This document shows positions 1 through 12,388 of a stretch of 64,000 nucleotides of DNA, in pieces; position 1 is the first letter of the stretch, and each line of letters opens with the position of its first letter. The stretch comes from Camelus dromedarius (taxonomy: Eukaryota), in contig NC_087447.1 in assembly GCF_036321535.1 (NCBI RefSeq), positions 36,334,001 to 36,398,000 on the forward strand, read 5' to 3'. The translations under genes were made by a program, and so were the position numbers. Under the pieces are notes generated by a model, which was not told where the DNA came from, made no database searches, and saw only the letters and a program-made list of their open reading frames with translations.

Positions 1-13
1 CTCCTCACTGCAG

Positions 14-100
14 AACTCCTCTCACATGGACCGACGCTCCATGCCCTCCATGGGTTACATGACCCACACTGTCAGCGCTCCCAGTTTACATGGAAAATCG
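14..100 (+). CDS. PLEKHA7: PLEKHA7 internal coding exon (NSSHMDRRSMPSMGYMTHTVSAPSLHGKS); upstream exons lie outside the window
   Basis: CAG acceptor at 11-13 and GTAAGC donor at 101; 87 nt, phase 0/0; peptide recognised as PLEKHA7. Confidence 0.95.
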
Positions 101-214
101 GTAAGCGGTGCCTCCTCTCCGCCTTCTGGTGAATGATCTGATATAGCCTGCGAAAGGCTAATCCCATCAGAGTTCTCCCCTGACCCTGTCAGGTGCAATC
201 CAAAGGGCAGCTAT

Positions 215-290
215 CAACCCCATTTTAGAGATGAGGAAACTAAGGCTCAGAGAAGTCAAATGATTTGCTCAGGCTCAGCCCACTGGCACT
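215..290 (-). mobile_element. MIR SINE core. Similar MIRs at ~4700-4890, 6590-6760, 23215-23390, 24190-24350, 34300-34480, 40100-40300 and 40700-40830
   Basis: CCCATTTTAGAGATGAGGAAACTAAGGCTCAGAGAAG, the MIR core consensus. Confidence 0.75.
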
Positions 291-688
291 GGGTCTTCCC
301 AAGGTCAGCAGAATTGCTTGGGGGAAGTGGAGGAGAATGTGGTGTTTCTTCTCTTTCGGGCAGCATTTAGTCTGCAGCATTTTCCAGCCACCTGTTTTCT
401 TCTCCCATTAGCTCTTGTCCTTTCTTCCCGGTCTTTGCTTTGATTAGTTCACTGTCTTCAGAGCTTGAGTCTGGGTGAGGTTGCATTGCTGGTGGCTGTT
501 TCCTGAGAAAACTACTTCCTGCCGCCGCTTTTTCTGCCAGTCACTTTTTTTGTCCTAATGAGAGAATTAACGCAGTAATTACTTCAGGGTGTCACATCAG
601 TGCTGTCCCGGCACCGGGGTGAAGAGTAGTTATAGCGTCGTGCTCTTGCGGTGGCTAATTTCCTCGTGATGTGTCTACACGCCTGCAG

Positions 689-808
689 CTGGAGGAGCTC
701 TCACTGCTTCTCACCCGGTTACGGCGGCACCAGGCCAAGCTGGCCAGTGTGCGAAATTTCGCCATCGGCCAGTTGCTGCAGCACCAGCTGACCTTCCCCA
801 CCTGCCAG
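689..808 (+). CDS. PLEKHA7: PLEKHA7 alternative cassette exon (LEELSLLLTRLRRHQAKLASVRNFAIGQLLQHQLTFPTCQ)
   Basis: CAG acceptor 686-688 and GTCAGC donor 809; 120 nt, open in phase 0; resembles PLEKHA5 PEELTLLLIKLRRQQAELSSIRE (recalled). Confidence 0.8.
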
Positions 809-2697
809 GTCAGCTCTGGTGGGCTCTCTCAGGGCCGGGGTCCACCCCGGGGGCAAGGGAGTGACATGCTGGCCCGTGCTCCCTCGTGCCCGTGCTCTAG
901 TCTGTCCTGCTGTCTGGCTCTCTCCCTTGTCCCCCGCCTGTTTGCTTCTGGATGTTGCTGCCAGCCACTGCAGCCGTGCTGGGGCCCAAGCCCCTGGTGC
1001 TGGGGAGGAGGCTGCATGTGGTGTGAGGAACCTGAACTGTGGCTTCTGTGGCTGTGAGTAGTGACTGCCAGGCTGGTGTGTGGTCATGTCCAAAGGGCTG
1101 TGCTGACTGTCATCCTTGTTGCCACCTTGAGCGCTCTTTGGGATGCTGCGAGGTGTGCATCAGCCTGGAGGGAGAAGGCTGTCTCATCCAGACAGTGCCC
1201 TGCTGGTTGACAGAGCGTCCTCACATCCCTCAACCTGGTGAACTTCACTGTAACCTGGGACAGGTTAGGTAAGGGGGCGGGTAACAAAGTGACTTGTCCA
1301 GGATCCCTCAGCTAGTGGCATGCAGGCTAGAGCCAAAATCCACGCCCTGTCTGGCACAGTGTTCTGAACTGTTTCCAAGGCATGACGGGTTGTAGGCGTG
1401 CGCCTCAAAGAGCGGCCAGGCGGTTGTTCTCGCCGGGCATCCTGAGCGGCTTAGAGAAGATGCTGGTCCACATGAGGCTGAGCCCTTTAGGCTGCACAGA
1501 AGTAGGCAGAGGGCAGATGAGGCGAATGATGAGACTGTCACCTTCCTTACCTGTCCTGTTTTAGTGGGGCCTGGGGGACTCAGGAAATGTATTTGGAAAA
1601 ACGAATGTAAGGGAGCATGTGCAGAAATCTTACATTGTTAATTCCAGTGATATTTTAATAACATTCCTCTGCTCTGTCCCTCTTACTGCTGTCAGACTGG
1701 GCTGATTGAGGAAGTAAGGATGGGTAAGGGGACAGTTTAGGGGCAGAAATAAGATCGTGCAAGTCACTGGTGTCCCCGGCAGTGGTCCTTCAGGTTTTCT
1801 CATGCCTAAAAGCACTGCCTGAGCATTTCACATTATTTACTTTTGTGTCTGTTTTACATCAGAGCTGTAAACTTGGACCACCTTCCTAGCCCTGGCTTGC
1901 TTTGGCTTGCTGGGAAGTCTCTTAGTCGTCTGAGAAAGTCATGCCTACACTATTTTTCTTAAGCTTTTATAGGCCCTCTGCTCACAGTTAGCTTCTGTGA
2001 TCTGTTACATGGGAAGCACAAGTTTTAGGAAATCAAAGAATCTTTTCCTTGTTCTCAGTGTTTCTGGTAGTCATACTGAAGAACCCAGCGGGCTGTCAGA
2101 GACGACGCAGGCAGGTAGGTCTGCCTGCGCCTTCCTTATCTAGCTCATGACACAGCCGCGTTGGCTCCATGCTGAGCAAAGGCAGCCAAAACTTCCAGGG
2201 AACTTGTAGCGGCTACTGGTGCTTATCTTTCTGGAACACAAGGTCATAGGGGGACCTCTCTGGGTCACCTAGGTCATCTCCCTGCCTCTTGCAGGCATCC
2301 ATCCACACCAATCAGGGGGTCATTTTGCTTCATGCATGTGAAGTGGCCAGTGCAGAGGTTTGATGACAAGAACTGTAGCATTGGTGAGCGCTGAGGCTCT
2401 TCCAGGTAGACCTGTCTAGCTCTGTCCCTGCTTTCTCTCTCCTCCCCATCAAATTGCCCCCATCCAATGAGGGGACAAACTGGCTTTCCCCACATGGTGG
2501 ACCCGCAGGACCCACCATGCTGAAAGGGCTCTGAGCTGCACCGAGACATTTGCGCTTCCTCTGTGGCCCGGATGTGTTGTCTGCTGTGGTCTCTTGCCCC
2601 CGAAGCTGCACGGTGTGAATGATTTACACATGAAGCCCTGAGTTACGGACCCCTTGGTGTTTATAACTGTCTTTTTCTGTCTGTGCTTCACTTAAAG

Positions 2698-2751
2698 GCT
2701 GACGATACCTACCTCCAGCTGAAGAAAGACCTGGAGTACCTGGACCTAAAG
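2698..2751 (+). CDS. PLEKHA7: PLEKHA7 exon (ADDTYLQLKKDLEYLDLK)
   Basis: Pyrimidine tract plus AAG acceptor; GTGAGT donor; 54 nt, phase 0/0. Confidence 0.95.
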
Positions 2752-2964
2752 GTGAGTGGCTGCAGGGGTCTTGATTTCCCTTGCTTTTTGGATGCTTAGA
2801 TTCCTGACGGTGTCAGCCTCGTTGGAGCCCAGCCCAAAGCCATAGGCTGTGCAGGTCTCGTCAAATAAGGGTTCCAAATGAAGACATCTTCTGTCATCAG
2901 AAGGGAGTTTTTTGTTTTTGAGTTTTTTATTTTTCTATGTTGCTGTGGCTTTTGAAAAGTTCAC

Positions 2965-3240
2965 TTTTTAAGTTGAATGTAGTTGACATATAACATTGTA
3001 TTAGTTCTGGGTGGACAACATGATGATTTGATGTTTGTATAGATTGGGAAATGATCACAAGTCTAGTTAACATCCATCACCATTCTTGGTTACAATATTT
3101 TTTTTCTTGTGATGACAACTCTTAAGATTTACTGTCTTAGAGGCTTCAAATATGTAATACAATATTATTAGCTATAGTCACCATGCTGTACATTACATCC
3201 CCATGACTTAACTTATTTTATAACTAGAAGTTTGTACCTT
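2965..3240 (-). mobile_element. L1 3' end fragment (L1MA9-like)
   Basis: Characteristic CTATAGTCACCATGCTGTACATTACATCCCCA...AGAAGTTTGTACCTT. Confidence 0.75.
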
Positions 3241-6200
3241 TCAGGAGAGTTTTATTTCTTACAGTCTCAGACTCTGGGCTCTTCCCAGTTTCTTGTGAAT
3301 TCTGCTGTAAGGGCTCTGGCTTACAGAATGTGGGCATGAGGGCTTGATCTCTTCTTGTCCTTGGTCAGAACCTCAAGTTCCCTCCAAATAGTAACCAGTG
3401 GCTTCTTCAGAGCCTCCAGTGGGGTGGGGATGGGTTTGGTTTACGGGGTGTCACTGATGTGTGTTTTCAGGCACAAGCAGTTTGGTGGATTGTTCAGTTT
3501 TGTTGCTGGGAGAGCAAGTTCCACATGGACTTATGTGGCTCTGAGGGGCGCAATTGTCTCCCATCTGCATTTAGGAGATGAACACCCTCCCTGTAGATGA
3601 CAAAGCTTCAGGCTCTAAGTCAGCCTCCATAGCACAGAGAAAGCCCAGGAAAGCTGCTGTGGAAGCTAGAGACGTTCTGCTTGGAAGAGAGCTGCTGCTG
3701 TTTTTTTCCCCACAGCTCTCTGAAAGCTCCCACTGTGAAGAGCTCTTCTTATATCTGAGCCATGACATAGACTGAAGGAATGTGACCTTTAATTAACTAC
3801 GGGTGTAAGAGGGCGGGCGAGGTGCCCCGTGGAAGGACACCCAGGTGACTGCCATGGGGGCATGCCTCTCCCAGCCCCCAGTGTACCTGGCTTGAGATGT
3901 TTTTAACCCAGGGATCGGCACCCAGCCTTGTAAAAGCAGGGGTATGAACACTAGGCCCCAAGGTAGCAGATGGGGGGCCTCCTGACTCTGAGGCAAGATC
4001 GGGGCCTTTGGTTAGGAATCGCTCAGTTGACTTATATTATCTGTTAATAAGCTGAGCACTCCCGGTATACCCACCTCTGGAGAAGCCTAAGGGAGATGCA
4101 AGAGAAAAATTGAGGCTCTCTGGACTCGAGAAACTTCCAAACGATCTAGGCTGGGGAAAGAAAATATCCCCAAATAACACCGATTTATTTGCAGTGAGTA
4201 TACAAAGATCTGTCTGGCTCAGAGCTGAGAGGGTGAGGATCACTGTGGGCTGTGATACTGGGAAGGCTTCTGGAGGAGATGGCACGTGTCTGGAGCCTTA
4301 AAGAACCAGAGGGTTTGGGTTGGTTGAGATTAAAGGGAAGGGAACAGTGGGAGCCAAGGAGAGCGAGGGTGAGGGTGGTATGTCTGGGGCAGGGGGAAGT
4401 GGAGGCAGGTAGTCCAGGCTCCTGCTTCTGTCCTGGGCTTTAGGAAGGAAGGTGCAGGAAACATCTGTCTTCTGATTCCTGTTTGTGGGATAGCTGAAAC
4501 TCACAGTTGATCTAGAGAGAGGATCCAGCTCAGGTTTGTTTTGTTTAAAGACTGTAGAACTTGAGCTAAATAAAGGGGATCTAGGGAGAGAGAGAAACTG
4601 AGGCACAGGATAGCAGAGCAGAGCCAGGAGTCCTCACGTGTCCTGACTGCCTGCATAAACTGAAGAGCAGTAGAGGGTATAATGTGTGTCAGTCACCACG
4701 TTTTACTTTATTTCTCTTAAATTATGTAACCCTTGCTGTAGCCCTCTGAGGGAGGTGGTGTTACCTTTTTCCCACTAACTAAGGCTCAGAGAAGTAAATG
4801 ACTTTCCCAAAGCCAAGGCCACATTAGTAGTTACTGGAGAGCTGATATCTGGGTGTAGGGCTGACCCTGAAGCTGGTGCTCTTAATCACCCTGCCTCCCA
4901 GCCACTCTTAAAATGTTGCTTCTACTGTGGACCCAAAGGCATTAAGTCTTTTATGGAGCTGAACTGGGGTCCATCTGCCAGGAAGTATGTATGATGTGGT
5001 ACAAGCAAGGTGCATCCTTGGGGTGTTTCATCAGCTAGGAGCTGAATGTGACCAGGACATTAACTAGTGATTAGATGTTGTCACTGTTTGTCATGGAAAA
5101 CAGCTGTGTTGATACCAGAACTTCCCTGGTCTTATAGCTGTTACTCCAGTTGCTAAGCTCCTCTTAGATAACCAGTCCCCCAAATGAACAGCACCAGCAG
5201 GTGAGAGACGCTTGGCTTACCAGCAACATGTGTGGGAAAAGATGCTGGGGTTTGTGCTGTGTGTGAGTCATCATTCAGAAAGGCTCATGCCACCTTGGCC
5301 TCCTTCCAAGGGACAGGGCACCCAAATCAGGGAGGCAGTGGGTCTGCTCTGCTCAGATCCCAGATGGGTGTCTCACTTCAGGATCCAGTTGAGTAAAGGG
5401 CTGGAATCAAAGGAGGTGCTGAGGAACTGTGAGAACCATGGCTAAGAAGTGTATTAGGTGGGATGGGATGCTTTTGTTCACAGCGTCTAAACCCCACATC
5501 AGCCGGCTGAGCCACGAAGGGAATCTGCTGCTTCACGTGGCCAGGGCCTGCCTTCCAGGGGCTTGGGCACATCGCCCCTCTTCTACTTCCTACGTGGCCA
5601 GGGAAGAAAAGTGGCCGCTTGCACACCCAGGTTCGCTTTGTCCCAGCCCAGCCTCCCTGTGAAGAGAAGGAAGGGTTCCCTAATGGGAAAGCACACTGGG
5701 CAGAAACAGGCAACGCAGCAACAGCCACACAGCTGCAGTGCCGGATGGTTGCAGAGGAATGGGCAGTTCAGGCAAGACACAGAGACAGTCTGTAAAGCTC
5801 TGAAATATTACCATGTGTCTTCCGTGGTCTAAGGTGGGGATTAAGGCAAGTTGATAGCAGCTACAAGTAGACAGGTTTCAGTGTAGTAGAAGAAAAACTC
5901 TAAAAGGGCCACCATAGGTCGTGGTGACCTCCCCATCACTGGGATGCAGCTGAGGCCAGGTGAGCACTGAATGGGAGGAGTGACCGGATCAGGAACGCCC
6001 TCAGGCCCGATGGCTCTTGAGAGCCTCTGATACGCTAGACAGGAGGAGCTGATGCTGAGCCCAGCTGGGCTTCCTGAGACGAGGGCCTCTGAGGACACAA
6101 GTGAACTGGGCCCTGGAGCCCAGCCTGGGTGTGGAGATGGCAATGAACGCACCCCACTGTGACCATCTTCTTGTGAGAAGTCCCTCCTGGGTCCTTGTGG

Positions 6201-7109
6201 GGAGAATAAGAAGGTGAACTTCTCTGGAGAAGGGTGTGGTTGCCCTGCCCCTAGGAGGCCTAGAGTCCCCCTGTGTCCTTGTCCCAAAGGCCACAGACTT
6301 AGGGATCCAGAGTCCATGTCGCTTCCACCCCCATCAGCTGACACTCAGCTTTCAGAACCAGCTGGTGGTGTTTGCTTGCCCGTGTGTTGTGGAGTTTGCT
6401 CTCCTGAAGTGAGCGTTCCTGCTGGGGTGCCAAGTGATCAAATAAAGGCAGGCTCCACTCTCTTAGAAGACTCTCTGTATTACTGTTCTTTCTGGAAACG
6501 TTTACTGCCTTGGCATTTTACTTGGCGGTGCCAGGGTGGAGGGGATTTCATGTTGCTTAAGCGTCTGTTCCTGCCTGGCAATGTTTGGACACCGGATGTT
6601 CATTGCTTCACTTAATCCTCCCAGCAACTTTGAGCAAATAAGGATTATTATCCCTACCTTACTAACCAGGAACCCAAGTAACAGAGAGGTGACTTCTGCA
6701 GAGTTCTGCACTGGGGTGTGAACTCAGTGACTAACTCCACACCTGCCTTCTTTCTTCTGTATACCATGTCCTTTGCCCACCCTAAAGCTGAATTCACTGA
6801 ATTGTGTTTCTGGCATTAAAGTTCTGCTCTTCAGTCCCTTACACCCCAGCCAGGTCTGAAAAGGGAGTGTGCAGGTTCTCAGCTGTTGACAGCTTGAATT
6901 GTTTTTATGCAGCGGGGAAGCACAGCTGGGAAAGTGGGGTGGAGGGTGCCGGCAGTGGTGCCTTTTAGGAGGAGCAAGTTGCAGTCAGCCCCAGAGGCGG
7001 GGGCTGTCGTCAGTGATGCCGAGTGCCTGGCCTTCAGACTCTTCCTGTTTAAGCCTGAGAGCTGGGCTTCTCTGTTCAGGGTCTGTTTCCAGTTAGCTTC
7101 TGGAGCAAT

Positions 7110-7870
7110 TTCTTAAGTCGTTGTCTGGACACTATCTATCTCAGGATCACCTGAGAGCTTGATGAAAAAAAAAATTGCAGATCTAGAGGGTTCCGGTGAA
7201 TTAAAACCTCTGGTAATGGTGCCCAGAATTCCGCATTTTTAAAATCAAGCGCTGGGGTGATTCTTGTGCACACTAAATTGAGGTCTGTTGTTCTGGAGAG
7301 AGATTGTTAACCCGGTCATGAACTAGAACAACTAGGGGAGTCTTTAAATGAATACGAATGCTTGGATCCTATCCCTTAGAGACTCTGATTTAGTTGGTAA
7401 TACTCAGATATTACTCTTTAAAAAAGAAAGTTAGAAGAAGAAGAAAAACAACCCCTGAGGTGTTTCTAATATGTAGCCATGGCTGAGAAACATGGTTTCC
7501 AAGCAATGGTCCTCAAAGTGTGATCCCAAATGAACATCAGCAGTTCCTGGGAATTTGTTAGAAATGCAAAACCTTGGGTCCCACCCCAGAGCTGCGTAGT
7601 GGGAACCTGTGGAGGTGGAGCCTAGCAAGTCTGAATATTAACAGCCCTCTGGGTGATTGAAGCCTGCTCAAGTTTGAGAGCCACTTTTAGAATAGTGGTT
7701 CCCAATCCTGACGGCACATTAGTCTCCTCCAGGAGAGGGCTTTTAAGAATCCCAGGCCCCACTCCAGACCAGTTACATCCCGATTCTCTTGGAGTGGGAC
7801 TCAGGCGTCCATACATTTTAAAGCTCCTGGGTGGTCCCAGTGTTGGAGCCAGGGTTGGGATGCAGCGCCT
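7110..7870. mobile_element. Cluster of about four tandem MER5-type hAT-Charlie MITEs
   Basis: Repeated MER5 signatures (GTTAGAAATGCAAA, GGCCCCACTCCAGACC, AAGTTTGAGAGCCACT). Confidence 0.7.
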
Positions 7871-8368
7871 TGGTGGATGGAGACAGTGTTCCCTCAAAGG
7901 AGCTGGAAGCCTTTGGGATCATTGGTAAGACATCATTTTTGAAGTGTGGAGTCAAAGGTGGAAAATGTTGGGCAGGGGTGAGACTAATGCTTCACTCTGA
8001 ACATTCGGTATCTTATAGTTTGTGACCAGGGAGGATGAAGGAAGAAGTAGAGGCCCCCCTCACCTCCTAGGCAGAACCAGGGAGGGCACGGGCACTAAAA
8101 TCGGCACTCTCGCATAAACTGGCCTGTGCGAAGATCCATCAGGCAGCGCTTATGAACCCCCATTTACAGAGGAGGGAACTGAAGTCTGGAGAGGTCCCCC
8201 AGCTGGGAAGCAGCGTAGCCAGACTGAGACTTCCTCAGCTGAACTGCACAACCCTCACATACTCCTTCAGGCTTCCCCTGGCCAGTTCCCCAGATTCTGG
8301 CTCCTTCAAATGTCATTTGATGTCTCACCTGTTACGTTTTGTTGTATTTGCCTTTTTGTTTGGAACAG

Positions 8369-8449
8369 ATAAAAAATAATGAACCTTTGATCAACGTGCT
8401 TTACAAAGTGCTGAAGAAGTCAGCACGGGGCTGTCGGCCCAGGAGAAGC
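8369..8449 (+). CDS. PLEKHA7: PLEKHA7 alternative cassette exon (IKNNEPLINVLYKVLKKSARGCRPRRS)
   Basis: TTTGGAACAG acceptor; GTAAGA donor 8450; 81 nt, open in phase 0; same length as and similar to PLEKHA5 LKENEPIITMVHTMIENSALRPQLYQQ (recalled). Confidence 0.75.
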
Positions 8450-11400
8450 GTAAGATGATCTGATCTGTGTCTCCAGGCGGGGCCATTCCATTGCTTCTGG
8501 CTCAGTGCCGACTCCATCACTTGCTTAACCAGGGGCTCTCCTGACCGCCCCCAGGCTTCCTGCAAGTCATTTTGGTTTATTTTCATTCTATTGAAGCTCC
8601 CTCAGCATTTTGGCTGGTGCGCAGGCTGAGCCTCTCACCCGTGGTGTTCTGTGGCTCCATCTTTTGTGCTGCCATGGGGGGTGGTGGGAGGGGGTGGGGC
8701 TTGCCTAGCTTGCCACCAGCTTGTGTTGTGTTTCCATTGTCACTTGTCTGCCTCCGCGGTGAGGGCTGACCTAGAGCATGAATTCCTTGGGAGGGAGCAG
8801 CAGTTCCTGGTCACCTTGGAGGAGCCGGGTGTCCTAAGATTCCTCCCTGGAATTAGCGTGGCTCTTCTTCGGGGCAGGGTGTTGTCTGAAAACAGTCTGG
8901 AACTGGAGTAGGGTAAAATGCCCACCCTCACCATGCCCCGCTTTGAGTGGTGCAGAAGTGGTGCGTGAAATGTGGCCAGCTTTTACAGCATTCCAGAGGG
9001 GGCTGCAGGCTGGGAAGCAGGTGTGTGTCCAGTCATCTTGAGCCCTGAGTACAGGTGTCTTGGGATGTGGTGGAGGGGAGTAAGATGCCTGGGCAGCCTT
9101 TAATTCCTTTCTGAAGCAGAGACTCTTTCAAATGGATGAGTGCCCACTGACTTTCACTTTTCCTGGTCACAGAGATGCCAGGGACCCATAGTTGATTCTT
9201 TTAATAGATTTAAACATTGCTATCACAAAGGGCAATTTGAAAAGGAAAGTTAGATATGGCTGTGTCTTAGTAGCCTTGGCGCTCTGGAACAAAGCTGAAT
9301 TCAGAAGCTTAAAGGACCTCTGAGCTGTGTGAACATTGTCACGAAGCCCGTGCTCCAAAGCCTGTGACCTTTAACCCTTAGGCAATGGTCTCAGGCCCTG
9401 AGCACAGCCAGGTCACCTTGCTTTGTTCTATTCACAGACTCACTAAGCAGATGCTTCTCAAATATCCACAGTATGCTGGGCCCTGGGTTGGGCTTTGAGG
9501 ATACAGAGAAAATGCATCACAGGCCCCACAGTCAGCCCAGTTAGGTTACCGACTAGTGAGGGGAGACGGAACGTATCGCTACTAAGGCCCATAGTAGTGG
9601 CAGACCCAGGTGTGGGACAATGTCCTTTAATGGGCACCAAACCCAGATGGAGCAAGGGAGACAGGAAAGAACAGCAAATGTGTCACCTCTGCTGAGTTTC
9701 TAATCCTAAGGGACTCAGTCATTTGAATTCCTAATTCATAGCACGTTAAAAGCAGCACATTAAAAGGGGGACAAAGAGAAAGTGACTTCTTAGGAAAGAG
9801 GGAGTGCTAACATCCTCAGAGAGAAGAGAAACATGTCAGTCTGAAGTGGAAGTGAAAGCACGGAAATTTGGGAACATTTAACCAAGTAGGCAAATAGTCC
9901 TAAACACGGACTTCTAAGAAATTCTGCATTACTGGTTTTTATAATCATGACTCTGATTCATCCCCCACAAGGTTGAATTTATATTCAGTATTCTGTGAAG
10001 GCAGTGAAGGACATACTTTTAGAAGGCTTTCCATCAAAAAGTTTGAAAGACTCAGCTTTCTGAAAGTGCCCTTTTTGTGTAGAAACACCTCATTCCTTGC
10101 CTGATGGTGCTGGGTAAATGAGGCCCTGCTCAGCTAGAGTCTCTGCCTTGCTATTTCAGTATCAAAAAAGATATCATCTGGAAAAAGCTTCATTGGCATA
10201 AAGGGAAGAGTTTTGCTAAGAGGAAAACTCCCCAAAGCATGTCTCCACTTGAAAATGGTTTCTTCCTGGGAAATGCGCTAAGGGTCAGCGCCCTGGAGAG
10301 TAGACAAGTTCATCACCCCTCACTCTGGTGAAGGACTGTGACACAGCGAAGACTTCCCCACCTCTACCTGCTGGGTTCCCCTGGGTTTAAAGGCCCAAGT
10401 CTTGTCTGGGAAATTCTGCTTTTGTGATTAATAACCCTCTCTCCTTTCCTGCACCCCCCACCCCTTGTCCCCAAGGAGCCAGCACAGTCTGTTTTTTGTA
10501 GATTGTTGCTGTGGTCAGTGTGTTCTGTGACTGTGTGTATGGTTGTATGTACACATAATTTGCCAGTTTGAGGAGCAGAATTTGGAGTTCTTCTTTCTCT
10601 AGGACTGACCTGCATGTATTTCCCTTTGACCTACCTGCAAGGCAGTAAATACTTTGCCGAGTGCCTTCCAGTGTGCCACGCCTTCCTTTCAGGGCTGACT
10701 TTACCAAGATGAAGAAGACAGTGGTCCCTGTCCTCTGCTGTGCCACCAGAGCATCGGAATGGTGGGGGCGGGGCTACAGCCCAGGCGCAGTCCTCAGCGC
10801 AAGGCATGGAGAGGGCTTCTCCCTTGACCTTGACCTTTGGACTTGCTGGTGATACTTGTCAGGGAGAAGGGAGTGTCGGCCAGTTGAATACATGGCTGGC
10901 TTGAGTTGAGGGGAATATTTGCTAATATATTTCTGCTTGTGATTCACACTCACAAACTTGATAGAGCAGGGAGAAAGTGAGGGCCGTGTCTCCAGCGGCT
11001 GTGTGTTCATCCGCACTGGGACCTGCTGCAAAGTACACACGCCACCTGTCTCTGCTGTGGTCAGCTCCACCCTCCATTTTTCTGGTCAGATCGCAAAATG
11101 GAGTTCAGCAAGACGGCCTCCTTTACATGGTGCACATTTGACCCAGCTGTCCCTGACCATGGCTTAGCTGTGGGGGTGCGTCTTTGAAAAGGGTCCCCCT
11201 GCCCCTGCACAGCTTTTGGCAAGAAGGAGATTTGGAGGAAATGAAAACATGGACTCAAGAGTTAGGCCTTGGTGTTGTATGGGTCAGTGAGAGATGGGCA
11301 ACATGTTGCCCACACTGGGTCCTGGGAAAGATGGCAAATGTGGGATTCCACTAGCCTGTAAGTTTGAGTGATTTTTTTTTTTTCCTACCGCTTTGTGGTT

Positions 11401-12065
11401 TCCTTTCTTGACAGGACAGGGTAACCTGTAACTTGTATTACAAGTATGGCCTAACCTTAGCGATTCAGGGATCAGTTGAAAACCCCAACCAGGCATTCTC
11501 TGGGTTCCTTCTTCCCTTGGCCAGATCCTTTTCCCAAATAGTGGAGAGTGAGGAGGGCTGGTCTTACTCATGGGGAGGTGGGCTGCTCAGATGTTCTTAA
11601 ATCAGAGCTTGATGATACCCAGGGGATTTGCTCATTCTTCTTGGCCTACCCACCCCACAGCCCTGGGTGGGGGTCATGGACTTCTGTTATCTGAATTTGA
11701 CCCCAGGTTTAGTAGCAAAACTCTCTCTTAAATCAATGGCAAATCTTTTGAGATTCATACTGAGCTCATTTGGGGAAAATTTAAGCTTTTTACACTGGAG
11801 ATACTGTAACTCGAAAGTCTGTTTTTGTTCATTTGAGAAATTTACGAGTACTAATAAGATCTCAAAAAGGTTTTGTTTTTTCCCTAAAATGAAATACACA
11901 TAAAAGTAAAGCAGGGATTGCCCAAGTTTTTTGCCCTTTCCATGCTGTGACCCTACCTGCCACTGCCAAGACTTCCACACCTGCCCATTAAAGGGCTAAC
12001 TTTTCTTCCTGAGTTCTGATCCTGAACCCTGTAGTTAAATCTCCTTTAAATTGTTCACCTCCCAG

Positions 12066-12134
12066 ATGACAGGCCGGGATCTTCTCAAGGACCGAAGTCT
12101 GAAGCCGGTGAAGATTGCCGAGAGTGACATTGAC
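12066..12134 (+). CDS. PLEKHA7: PLEKHA7 exon (MTGRDLLKDRSLKPVKIAESDID)
   Basis: CAG/GTGAGT boundaries; 69 nt, phase 0/0. Confidence 0.95.
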
Positions 12135-12307
12135 GTGAGTGAGCAGAGTGACAGGCTGACCCCTTGGCTGCCTGCTACCTCCAGACCCGGGGTGGCAGCT
12201 TCAGGCAGGGTTTAGATGGTTCTGTAGCCAACGGCTTTCTGATCACACTCCAAGGCCATGCACTTTTCTCATCATCCCAGGCCCTCTCCAACCTGTTCTG
12301 TTCACAG

Positions 12308-12388
12308 GTCAAACTGAGTGTCTTCTGTGAACAAGACAGGATCCTGCAGGACTTAGAAGACAAGATACGAGCCCTCAAGGAGAACAAA
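12308..12388 (+). CDS. PLEKHA7: PLEKHA7 exon, coiled coil (VKLSVFCEQDRILQDLEDKIRALKENK)
   Basis: CAG/GTATGC boundaries; 81 nt. Confidence 0.95.

Noticed and set aside
5841..6615. Long ORFs in introns (e.g. 5841..6344, 20044..20571, 30639..31205, 35078..35533)
   Set aside because: GC-rich chance ORFs or antisense shadows of exons, with no recognisable domains.
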